A DNA stretch of 55,502 bases from an uncultured Methylococcaceae bacterium (GTDB taxonomy: Bacteria; Pseudomonadota; Gammaproteobacteria; Methylococcales; Methylomonadaceae). The position numbers and the translations under genes were made by a program. Below are positions 1 through 9,400 of this stretch, one piece after another (within the stretch, counting starts at the first letter, position 1; every line of letters begins with the position of its first letter). The notes under the pieces are model-generated. The model did not search any database. It had not been told where the DNA came from and worked only from the letters and a program-made list of their open reading frames with translations. The stretch spans positions 1 through 55,502 of the forward strand of contig CAIUYS010000695.1 in assembly GCA_903903365.1 (NCBI GenBank), given 5' to 3'.

Positions 1-23
1 CCCCTCTCCCTGAGGGAGAGGGG
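1..23. repeat. GC-rich palindrome CCCCTCTCCC-TGA-GGGAGAGGGG (DUF559-associated REP-like repeat)
   Basis: Perfect 10-bp arms with a 3-nt loop; related copies at 124-158 and 480-500. Confidence 0.8.
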
Positions 24-100
24 AGTGGTGCTCGTTTTAAAAAAGAGGGGCATCATAAAAAAGATGATCAGACATTGGATTTGTTTAGTGAGAATGAAGC

Positions 101-514
101 ATGAATAACCGCGACAAAAAAAGCCCCTCTCCCTCAGGGAGAGGGGTTGGGGAGAGGGTGAGCCAACTCGACCATGCAAAATATCTACGTTCCAACCAAA
201 CCGATGCCGAGCAACGGCTTTGGTATCACCTTCGCGCTCACCACTTTATGAATTTAAAATTTAGACGCCAGACTCTAATAGGCCCGTTTATCGTTGATTT
301 TGTCTGCATGGAATATAAGCTGATTGTTGAAGCGGACGGTGGTCAACATGGCGGCGATAACGATGCGCGACGCGATGCTTGGCTTAAGGAGCAGGGCTTT
401 ATCGTGCTGCATTTTTGGAATCATGATATTTTGCAACAAACGGATGCTGTGTTGGAAAGGATTCGTCAAATATTGATTACCCTCTCCCTAATGGAGAGGG
501 GAGTAACTATATGA
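101..514 (+). CDS. DUF559 / Vsr-like endonuclease domain protein
   Basis: Motifs LRSNQTDAEQRLW, KFRRQ, FIVDFVC, LIVEADGGQH, DARRDAWL, VLHFWN; true start may be the GTG at 158 after the palindrome. Confidence 0.85.
   Translation: MNNRDKKSPSPSGRGVGERVSQLDHAKYLRSNQTDAEQRLWYHLRAHHFMNLKFRRQTLIGPFIVDFVCMEYKLIVEADGGQHGGDNDARRDAWLKEQGFIVLHFWNHDILQQTDAVLERIRQILITLSLMERGVTI
124..158. repeat. Palindromic repeat at the 5' end of the DUF559 gene
   Basis: CCCCTCTCCC-TCA-GGGAGAGGGG followed by TTGGGGAGAGGG; translated as SPSPSGRGVGERV in the ORF. Confidence 0.8.
480..500. repeat. Degenerate third copy of the CCCTCTCC...GGAGAGGG palindrome at the 3' end of DUF559
   Basis: CCCTCTCC-CTAAT-GGAGAGGG. Confidence 0.7.
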
Positions 515-578
515 GAAACTGCCAATCGAAACAAAGCAGATATTTTGAGTACATCCTTGTGAGCGGGATTTTTTAAAG

Positions 579-764
579 ATGAAAGCATCCGAATTACAAC
601 TGGCAAAAAATCCTGACTTGATAGCCTCTGTTACTGCCATCAAGCGAGCGGCACAACTGGCACGACAAACGGCAATACAAACCAATACAGCCATTGTAGT
701 GATCAAGGATGGCGTACTATGCAGAATTTCTGCGGAAGAACTCAAACAGCAGGCATTAACATGA
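579..764 (+). CDS. Small hypothetical protein (61 aa)
   Basis: ATG start; its TGA overlaps the ATG of res (ATGA at 761-764), indicating translational coupling. Confidence 0.6.
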   Translation: MKASELQLAKNPDLIASVTAIKRAAQLARQTAIQTNTAIVVIKDGVLCRISAEELKQQALT

Positions 765-3448
765 GTCATAAAGTGTTTCAAACCGTTTCAGGGCGGTTGA
801 GTTTACGTAAACCACAGCGCGATTCATTGGAAGCTTTGCAGCGGGCCATTGCCGCATCACCCGATATGCTGCATCCGAAGCGTGATGTTGCTGAGGTGTT
901 GGAAACCTTAAAACTTGAGTTTCCCAAGCTATCCGATTTTGAACGGGAGTTTCCATCACTATGTTTTGCCTTGGCAACCGGTGTTGGTAAAACCCGATTG
1001 ATGGGTGCGTTTATTAGCTATCTACACATGGCGCATGGCATCAGCAATTTTTTTGTGTTGGCACCCAATCTGACCATTTATAACAAACTGATTGCCGACT
1101 TTACGCCCAACACCAAAAAGTATGTCTTTAAGGGTATTGCCGAGTTTGCCATCAACTCACCCAAAATCATTACCGGCGATGACTATGAAGTAAAGGGGCG
1201 TGCGCTTGATATGTTCACGTCAATTTCCATCAACATTTTCAATATTTCAAAAATCAATTCCGAAGTGCGTGGCGGCAAGTCGCCAAAGATTAAACGTTTG
1301 TCAGAATACTTGGGCGATAGCTACTTTAATTATTTGGCGGAATTGCCAGACTTGGTGCTGTTAATGGATGAATCACACCGTTATAGAGCCGATGCCGGTG
1401 TTCGCGCACTAAATGAATTGAAACCGTTACTGGGACTGGAATTAACGGCAACACCGTTTACGGAAAGTAGCAGAGGGCCGGTGCCGTTTAAAAACGTCGT
1501 CGTTGATTATCCCTTATCAATGGCAATGGATGATGGTTTTGTCAAAGAGCCTGCCGTGGTCACGCAACGTAATTTTGATGCGTCACAACATACCAAGGAA
1601 GAAGTGGAACGTATCAAATTAATGGACGGCATCCGCTTGCATGAGGCGACCAAAGTAGAGCTATTAACTTATGCGCGTGAAAATGATGTCGCCATTGTTA
1701 AACCGTTTATGCTAGTCATTGCCAGAGATACGACACACGCAGCACAGTTGCTGGAACTGATGGAGTCAGCGGCGTTTTTTGATGGCCGTTACAAAGGTAA
1801 AATAATTCAAGTAGATAGCAGTAGAACCGGCGCTGCCGAAGAGGAAATGATTAGCCGATTACTGGCGGTGGAAAGCACAGATGAACCCACGGAAGTGGTG
1901 ATACACGTAAACATGCTGAAGGAAGGTTGGGATGTCACCAATCTTTATACCATTGTGCCGTTACGCGCAGCTAATGCGCGAACCTTAATTGAACAATCCA
2001 TTGGACGTGGTTTGCGCTTGCCTTATGGCAAACGTACCGGAGTAACCGATGTTGATCGCTTAAATATTGTGGCTCATGACCGTTTTCAGGAAATAATTGA
2101 TGAAGCCAATAACCCTGCCAATCCGTTGCGCTTGAAGCAGGTCATTCTTGACGCACCTTCAGATGACGTAAAAACTGAAAGTGTCGCAGTCAGTTCAAAT
2201 CTTGAAACGATGATTAGCGGCAACGCAGGGGGTATGGCTTATCCGGCATTGGGTAATACTAATCCGCCGTTGTTTAGTAGCGTTGCAGAAACGGCAGTTG
2301 CCCACTATGCCATGACTGAATTGAACAAGTTTCAACACAGTCCGGCAACGGTTGCCACCAGCAAAGCATTATTACATGGGCATGTGCAAGCATCCGTTAT
2401 CCAGGCCGTCACAGAGCATCTGAGCAGTGGTCAACAATCGTTACCTGAAGACGATGCTCCTGTAGACATTGCGGATATTGTCGCAAAAGTTACGGCACTG
2501 ATGGTGAAGCAAACCATAGATATTCCACGTGTCGTTGTTGTGCCAAAAGGCGAAATAAGTTATGGCTATAAACCCTTTACTTTGGATATGAGCGGCTTGA
2601 ATCTGCAACCTTCAGAGCGGGATATTCTGATTCACAGCCTGGAAACGAATCAGCAAGAATTAATGGCATCTCAAATTGGCTTGAGCGAAGCAAAGCCGGA
2701 AAATTACATTGTCCGCGCACTCATTGATTATGACGATATTTCTTATGATGATCATGCTGATTTAATTTATGGCTTGGCAACACAAGCTGTGGCGCATTTG
2801 CAAAGCTATCTGTCATCAATAGATGAAGTGAATAACGTCTTGAGTAATAACAGCCAATTACTTGCCAAGACCATCCGTACTCAAATGGCAGAACATTTTT
2901 GGGAGCAGGCCGATACCTATGAAGTGGTTGTAAATAATGGTTTTACGCCCTTAAAGAATTGCGCTTATACCGTTGCAGCCGGTCAAGCCGTACATTCATA
3001 TCGTGATACGGTAATAGATAGAAGCAAGATTAAGCAGATGTTGTTTGGCGGCTTCAGTAATTGCCTATATCCCTTTCAGAAATTTGACTCCGACACGGAA
3101 CGTCGCTTTGCTGTAATTATGGAACGTGATGCGCAAAAGTGGTTTAAACCGGCAAAAGGCCAATTTAAGATTTATTACAAAGATGGGGCTGAGCATCCGG
3201 AATATGTCCCGGACTTTATCGCAGAAACAAATGACTATGTGTTGATGGTGGAAACAAAATCACAAGCAGAAATGAAAGATGCAATAGTGCTAGCAAAAGC
3301 CGATGCAGCCGTAAAGTGGTGTGAAAATGCTGGCGAGTATCTCCTAAAAAACGGTGGTAAGGCTTGGAAGTATTTGTTGATTCCACATGATGAAATTAAG
3401 GAGAATTTTCAGTTGGTGGATTATGTCAGGAAGTTTGAACGGGGGTGA
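761..3448 (+). CDS. res: Type III restriction enzyme Res subunit (SF2 helicase + C-terminal PD-(D/E)xK nuclease)
   Basis: Walker A ATGVGKT, DESH box, LTATP, VNMLKEGWD, EQSIGRGLR, C-terminal YVPDFIAE...VETK; start moved from 719 to ATG 761. Confidence 0.88.
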   Translation: MSHKVFQTVSGRLSLRKPQRDSLEALQRAIAASPDMLHPKRDVAEVLETLKLEFPKLSDFEREFPSLCFALATGVGKTRLMGAFISYLHMAHGISNFFVLAPNLTIYNKLIADFTPNTKKYVFKGIAEFAINSPKIITGDDYEVKGRALDMFTSISINIFNISKINSEVRGGKSPKIKRLSEYLGDSYFNYLAELPDLVLLMDESHRYRADAGVRALNELKPLLGLELTATPFTESSRGPVPFKNVVVDYPLSMAMDDGFVKEPAVVTQRNFDASQHTKEEVERIKLMDGIRLHEATKVELLTYARENDVAIVKPFMLVIARDTTHAAQLLELMESAAFFDGRYKGKIIQVDSSRTGAAEEEMISRLLAVESTDEPTEVVIHVNMLKEGWDVTNLYTIVPLRAANARTLIEQSIGRGLRLPYGKRTGVTDVDRLNIVAHDRFQEIIDEANNPANPLRLKQVILDAPSDDVKTESVAVSSNLETMISGNAGGMAYPALGNTNPPLFSSVAETAVAHYAMTELNKFQHSPATVATSKALLHGHVQASVIQAVTEHLSSGQQSLPEDDAPVDIADIVAKVTALMVKQTIDIPRVVVVPKGEISYGYKPFTLDMSGLNLQPSERDILIHSLETNQQELMASQIGLSEAKPENYIVRALIDYDDISYDDHADLIYGLATQAVAHLQSYLSSIDEVNNVLSNNSQLLAKTIRTQMAEHFWEQADTYEVVVNNGFTPLKNCAYTVAAGQAVHSYRDTVIDRSKIKQMLFGGFSNCLYPFQKFDSDTERRFAVIMERDAQKWFKPAKGQFKIYYKDGAEHPEYVPDFIAETNDYVLMVETKSQAEMKDAIVLAKADAAVKWCENAGEYLLKNGGKAWKYLLIPHDEIKENFQLVDYVRKFERG

Positions 3449-3451
3449 CTT

Positions 3452-3571
3452 CAATGCCGTTAAGTTAAGTGCAAGTTGTTTAAAAAACTGGAGTGCAATC
3501 GCTTCAGCTATTGCCTGTAAAAACAGCTAAAGCGGTTTTACTCCCGTTGTATGCTTAACTTAACGGCATTG
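3452..3571. mobile_element. 120-bp MITE with 18-bp terminal inverted repeats and 8-bp target-site duplication
   Basis: CAATGCCGTTAAGTTAAG (3452-3469) / CTTAACTTAACGGCATTG (3554-3571); GGTGACTT on both sides (3444-3451, 3572-3579); internal imperfect hairpin GGAGT...ACTCC. Confidence 0.88.
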
Positions 3572-3854
3572 GGTGACTTTGTTTTGTCTATTTTTACTTG
3601 CAAGTCTATGTTTGATTTTCACGACCGGTAATATTGGTTAACCGAATCCGGACTTTTAACCTATGACCCTATTCTGGCTAAAGCCGTCTTTATGTCAGGA
3701 TCTGTCATTATGTTACTGTCACTGCTATGGAGCGGACTGTTACTGGTTAAGTGGATCAGGGCATAAGTTGTAGTCAGACAGTTAAGTAAAATTCGTATTG
3801 CGAACCCTTCATAACGACGGGTTAGAAACTACAAAAAAGTCTGCGATGCAAGTT

Positions 3855-4511
3855 CTACAAGGCCGTCTGTATATAGACTTGTTCCTGCATCCGGGTAACG
3901 CCCTTGTTGCGGAAACCAGGTTCCCGATCAAGAATGTCCTCCGTTTGTAATAATTCGACATTACACCATTCCCTGTAAAGCGTCTGTACTTCATGTGTTT
4001 GTACACTGAACGGCGGCCCCTGCATTTCGTGCTGGGGATAGTCGAAAGCCACCAACAGCGTTTTGGTTCCGGGCTTTAGTAAGCTATGCGTGTGCAAAGC
4101 ATAAGCAGCACGCATTTTCGGAGGCAGCGCCACCAGCGAGGCACGATCGTAAACGGCATTGACGCCAGCCAGATCGTTGGCGCTAAGGTCAAAGAAATTG
4201 CCGCAATAAATACGGAGACCCTCTGTCTCACTAACACTAAATTGGCCTTGCTGACGGATTGTTACCGACAACCCGTTTTCGGCAAAAAATGCCTTAACCG
4301 CCAGCGGACTCAGCTCCACACCGATGACTTCAAACCCCTGTGCGAGCAGCCACAGCATATCGTTGCTTTTACCGCACAACGGCACGAATACCCGGCTACC
4401 GGCCGCAATATTTAAGGTCGGCCAGTTGCGTTGCAAGTGACCATTAACCTCTTGGTTATGGAAGCCAATCTGATTTAATTGCCAGCGTTCGTGCCAGAAT
4501 TCTTGTTGCAT
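3855..4511 (-). CDS. tpm: Thiopurine S-methyltransferase
   Basis: FWHERWQ..QIGFH, RVFVPLCGKS, GVELSPLAV, VYDRASLVALP, GPPFSV; RBS AGGAG upstream. Confidence 0.93.
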   Translation of the reverse strand: MQQEFWHERWQLNQIGFHNQEVNGHLQRNWPTLNIAAGSRVFVPLCGKSNDMLWLLAQGFEVIGVELSPLAVKAFFAENGLSVTIRQQGQFSVSETEGLRIYCGNFFDLSANDLAGVNAVYDRASLVALPPKMRAAYALHTHSLLKPGTKTLLVAFDYPQHEMQGPPFSVQTHEVQTLYREWCNVELLQTEDILDREPGFRNKGVTRMQEQVYIQTAL

Positions 4512-4574
4512 GCGATGCTCCTGTTGATAATATTTTTGGGATTTACTGTATCAAAACAATTCGTAGGTTGGGAT

Positions 4575-4945
4575 AACGCCGGCCTCAGCCAACATCGGAT
4601 ACAGTGTTTCCGGTGCGATAGGATCGAGAAGATTGACGATTTGGCTGGTCGAGGGGGATTAGATAGACACCCAAAACGGATTACGGATTGTGGTGCTTTT
4701 GCATCTGCAGTTGATAGTCTAAAAAGTACGGGCTTTGCGTGAAAAAGACAGAGAACGCACTTAACGCGGCATCTTCCATAGCATATTTTTGGTTGTTGCT
4801 TTGTTTTCGATAATCCGTTGACCTGCTAAACGTGTTGCGTATCTGATTGATTAAATCTAAAGTAATTTGTTTTGTATTGATAATGCTTTGTTCTGGCACG
4901 TTGAAAATACTTTATTTTAGCAGGGTTTTAAATTGGGAATTGCTG
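4575..4945 (-). pseudogene. Decayed IS (ISNCY-like DDE transposase N-terminal fragment) with one terminal repeat
   Basis: KYAMEDAALSAFSVFFTQSPYFLDYQ, then a stop at 4681-4683 and a frameshifted continuation ...NLLDPIAPETLYPMLAEAG; candidate IS end CAGCAATTCCCAATTT at 4945-4930. Confidence 0.7.
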
Positions 4946-5051
4946 CAATAAAAACTGTTAACTGATTAAAGAACAGAGATTAGGCTTGCCGACAAGCAGT
5001 AAGCAGCAATTAAGCTACACACGCTTGCCGACCAACCGCCGATCTCGTGAA

Positions 5052-5067
5052 AGGCACGTGCCTTGCG
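5052..5067 (+). promoter_or_regulatory. Candidate sigma-54 (-24/-12) promoter
   Basis: AGGCACG-TGCC-TTGCG with GG-N10-GC spacing; overlaps the perfect 14-bp palindrome AAGGCACGTGCCTT (5051-5064). Confidence 0.35.
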
Positions 5068-5077
5068 GCATACCATA

Positions 5078-5131
5078 ATTGCAAGACTTCTAGTTTAAGA
5101 TTCGATTGCAAGACTTCTAGCTTAAGATTCG
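5078..5131. repeat. Tandem 27-bp repeat x2
   Basis: ATTGCAAGACTTCTAG(T/C)TTAAGATTCG at 5078-5104 and 5105-5131. Confidence 0.9.
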
Positions 5132-5221
5132 CTTAGTACACTGGTTACATCAAACTTAGCGTTAGCCAAGAGTAAGACTCCGGGGGATGCCCGAAGACTC
5201 GAGACGCACTTTGCATACACA

Positions 5222-5273
5222 CTTCACTTTTACCTTGATCAGACTTTCTTCACTCTTACCTTGATCACACTTT
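5222..5273. repeat. Tandem 26-bp repeat x2
   Basis: CTTCACT(T/C)TTACCTTGATCA(G/C)ACTTT at 5222-5247 and 5248-5273. Confidence 0.85.
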
Positions 5274-5484
5274 CACAATACTTTTACGAACGCCGAGCCA
5301 AAATAGGAGACCCATTGATACCTTCCTCGAACACAGCAGTAGTGCCCTAAGCGGAGATTAACATAGTTGAGAAATTTAAAGCAATAAATTTTTCGTCATA
5401 TTTAATAACTTAATTAAAATAAAAAATTATCAACTGCTTGCCAACGAAAAAACAAATATATAATTTATATTTGAACGACAATTT

Positions 5485-6393
5485 TTACCAACTTATCAAA
5501 TTTTTTGATGGCGGTTGATAGTTATCCGTTAAATTTACTTCTTTTCCATCAATAAAAGCATGGCATTCCAAATCGCGAATCCATAATTCATGCAACCAAC
5601 GCTGAGCGCGATCCTGTGCAAAAAAAACATAGATAATTTTATTGATGGCTTTTCCATCTTCCCTCTCCAAAAAATGTTTGGCGTAGCAAACATCTTTAAG
5701 TTCTTCAAATGTGATTTCTCGATCTGATACAGTGAAATATAAACTTCCATCCTCAGGATTATATTGCCCGTTAATTGTTGCGGGATCACAGGAATAACTA
5801 CCAAGAAAACCGCTTGTGACTGAACAATTAAATAATGGCCAATTATGTTGTGCCTGCATTAAAGCGATTTCCGGTGTTGCATTTAAGTCATACAGTTGAA
5901 CCAGGGTAAGATCCCCCTTACGATAAACTCGTACAGACGCTTGATCAAGCCAGCGTGGCGAGACAATATATTTATGCCCTACGCCTTTAAAAGCTACCAT
6001 CCAACCCAGTGGATACTGCCCAGGAAATAAAATAGCGTGTTTTTTTTTCGGCCAATCATCGAAAATATCGGCGCCAATACATACTTCAAAAGGCAATTGC
6101 GCCAACCAATTAACAACCTGTTCGACATCGGGCATTGCAAATGTATTAGTGATGCGTAAGGTATCTGGTTTTTCAAGACTAAACTGACAAGGTTTGGGCT
6201 CATACCAATTAACTATAACATGATATTGACTGGCGCTAATTTGCGATGCTGACAGCGGTGCCATAGATAATTCAATGCCGTCAATTTGTATGGCATCAGG
6301 CGCCAAATTAAACTCAGCTAATAGACATTGCGCTAATTCGACAAGTTGATGACTTAGCCAACTGTAATCGAGTGATGAATAAGGTGTGATCAT
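5485..6393 (-). CDS. Hypothetical protein, candidate immunity protein of the eCIS toxin
   Basis: 302-aa AT-rich ORF starting 46 bp after the giant toxin gene on the same strand; function inferred from position only. Confidence 0.6.
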   Translation of the reverse strand: MITPYSSLDYSWLSHQLVELAQCLLAEFNLAPDAIQIDGIELSMAPLSASQISASQYHVIVNWYEPKPCQFSLEKPDTLRITNTFAMPDVEQVVNWLAQLPFEVCIGADIFDDWPKKKHAILFPGQYPLGWMVAFKGVGHKYIVSPRWLDQASVRVYRKGDLTLVQLYDLNATPEIALMQAQHNWPLFNCSVTSGFLGSYSCDPATINGQYNPEDGSLYFTVSDREITFEELKDVCYAKHFLEREDGKAINKIIYVFFAQDRAQRWLHELWIRDLECHAFIDGKEVNLTDNYQPPSKNLISW

Positions 6394-6439
6394 ATAGGTT
6401 CAGCCTAAAAAATTACATTAGAAAAAATAAACGTCATAA

Positions 6440-9400
6440 TTAAGGTGGTGGATTTCTTAAATGGTTAATAACCCTTCGTATCGCTTCTGGTGTATAAGGC
6501 TTATTGACGCCGAGGTCTTTTAATCTTGTTGCGTTAATGATTTCTTCTACACCCGTGTGTGGATTAAAAAATGAAAAATTAAAATGTTCTTTATAGTCGT
6601 TTAATAGCTTAGTTAACGTTTGTACGCTAGCCTCTGCACCTTCGGAATTGGTAAATGCAACGTGCACCTTATCAAATGTTGTAGGTGATTCTCCACCAAT
6701 GCGAACCTTAGCACCACCTTCAGCGGAGGCCGCTCGCAGATAAGTCCGCAAGCGTATGTCATCTTCGTCGCTTAAGGAGCTTTCGTGGGATTTTACATCA
6801 TGCAAGGTTGGAGGATCAGCAAAATCTGGATAGCGTTCACCCTTATCTGTTTTCGCCCCCGGTATTTCTACGCCTTCTTTATCCTGAACCATTCTAGGAT
6901 TATCTATTTCACGCAACGTAGGCTTTTTAAGCCTAGTACCCGTGAAACTTTCATGATAGGCTGCATACCATAGCTCGACAAGGTTTGCTCTGTCTTTAAC
7001 ATTGAGCTCATGATTCGTTAATGATTCTAACCGTTTTAAAGAGGCCGCAACCAGTTTTGCTCGCGTTGTTGGATCTGAGGCAGCAAACGGCTCAACTCCG
7101 GAGGCATGGGGGTCGCCGTGCAATACCCACGTTAAAATTTGCTCTTTAAATTGTTCTTTAAAACCATGACGAATAGTATCGACATTTAGCTCTTTCTCTT
7201 TTTTCAATAAAGATTGTATAGTTTCATGCAAGGCGGCATGTATTTGATCATCCGAAAGATTAAGTCCTTCTTGGTGCATTAAAAAGCCAACAAAATCTCC
7301 ATAGCTTTCAGAGACTGCACGCGTTTTTCCATTTACGGTATTTACGGTAAAATTACCCAACATAAACTTGTGCCAGTCTTCCACAAATTTTTTTGCTGCT
7401 TCGCTCAAATTGACATGATCTAAACCGATGTCTGGAGGGGCGTTTGTTTTTTGAAGATCAGCAGGCACTGGCGCAATAACTCTTGCTGTCACTAAAGAGT
7501 TACCGCTTTTTAATGCATTAATGACTTCTGGTGTTATCTTCCCGCCATTTTCTTCTATCAATCTTGCCATTTCATGCAAACTGCGCAAATGGGCTTCACT
7601 TCCAGATTGCATTTGCGTTTTTATGTAACCATGTAGTTCGGAAACTAATGACGGCTGATGATTGCTCGCTACATGCGCTATTTGCGTAATACGTGAAAGT
7701 GTTTCTAAATGGCGTGAAGATTTTGCAGCAAATCGAATAATGTCACATAAAACCTGTGGATGATCTTTGAGCCGTTCTGTAAGACTTATTCCTTTTTCAG
7801 GCGCCAATGATGCATTGTGCAACAATGACAAAACTTGTTGCGTTTTTTGATTTGACAAAGACTGGCTCAACAGTTTTACCATTTCGTTGCGGGCATCTGG
7901 ATGATCCGATGACAAAATACTATTTAAAGATTCGACAACAGATATTGAATGGTTATTTTGTAAAATTTCTTGTGCCATGCGGCTGCCAAGTGCTGAATTT
8001 TCGACAAAAGAATTAATCACTTTTACAATCTGATGAGTCAGCTCGATCTGACCTTGTTCTTTTGCAGCAACTCTAGCAATTAATTCACTTCGATTTGTTT
8101 CAGGCAGTGCATTGAATATCTGATATAAATTTTTAACAAAACCAGAGCTGTTTGCCGATTCCGCTGCAATATTGATTAATTGTTTTGCCGTAGTTGCGTT
8201 ATTACTAACACTTAATATCTTGTGAATGTCACTTATTGCTAGTTGATGAACTTCGGTTTTTCCATCGCCATGAATTTTTACACCCAGTATTGAATCGATG
8301 ATTTGATCCGATGAAGCCAACTTTAAAATTCGCACAGCTTGTTGTGGCGTTGATTGTTGGTGTAGTTCAACTAAAGCGTTTAAGAGATGTTCGCCATTAT
8401 TTTTGCGTGTAATAGACACAGCGGTTTCAGCATCCAAGTGTCCTGCTAAAAAATGAACTTGTTCAATAAATGTTTTTGGATTTTGGCTTTTCTGAGCTAG
8501 TGAAAATACATTGCGCACCACCTCCGGATCAGTATGCAAATTAACCACAGTTCTAAGAGTGTTCAAATCCATTGTCTGCACCGCTGTTTGACGCCAGCGG
8601 GTATCCGCTTCCCCGCCTTTTTTTAAACGTTGTGCCAAACGATTAACTAAGTCTTCTTGTTCTTGCCGTTCAGTTTCAGAAAGCGGCGTAAGCACCCTCT
8701 CTTCTGGATGATTTTTAGGAGGTATTTGTTGAGCCTCTTCTTCCTTGCTAAAAAGTCGCGCGGGTTGCTCCAACCATTGCGGGCGCTCGCTAAAACCGGC
8801 TTTGATATTGGTAATATCCAAGGCATCCATGCCACCTACTTCAGTGCTACGGCGCGAGAGATTTTCAAAAGCCCCTTTGACTTGTGCGAGGTGTTGCTCC
8901 AGTTCACGGCGCTCACTGCGGCTGGAGGCTTTTTCAATATCGCTTTCAAGACCGCGAATCAAGTGCGCTTGTGCGTCTAACTCCAGGGCGACTTTGTTGC
9001 GATAGAGTTCGATTTGTTGTTCCAGCGGCAGGCTATCCCACTGTGCCATGCTGCGTTCATCGAGTGCGCCTATGTGTTTCGCCCAGCGTGGATCCTGGGC
9101 TTGCAGGGCATGAATGCCTTCTTCGCGGAGTACCCGTGGGTTTGCGCCTTCGCGCACCACCACAACAGGTTCACCATTGATGATGAGGGTAACCGCTTGA
9201 CCTTTTTTAGAACGGGTAAACGCAGCAAACTCTTCGGCTGGCACCACCATAATACGCGTGTGTTCTATTAAGCTCTTTTGTTCGGCAGGGATGGCGCTTA
9301 ACAAATGCCGGCGCATATCGGCCGTTTGTGCTTCAGTGGCCAGCTCTGCCGGTGGATGTTTAACGGCTTGCTCGAGCGCTTGCCCGAGTATATGCGGATC

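Noticed and set aside
4479-4742. 87-aa plus-strand ORF
   Set aside because: Antisense to the tpm start and the transposase pseudogene; no support
5078-5273. CRISPR mini-array
   Set aside because: Repeats are directly adjacent without spacers, the two pairs differ from each other, and no cas genes are present
4946-5484. Retron msr-msd, group II intron or tRNA
   Set aside because: No reverse transcriptase in the window, no long a1/a2 inverted repeats, no cloverleaf or domain V motif seen
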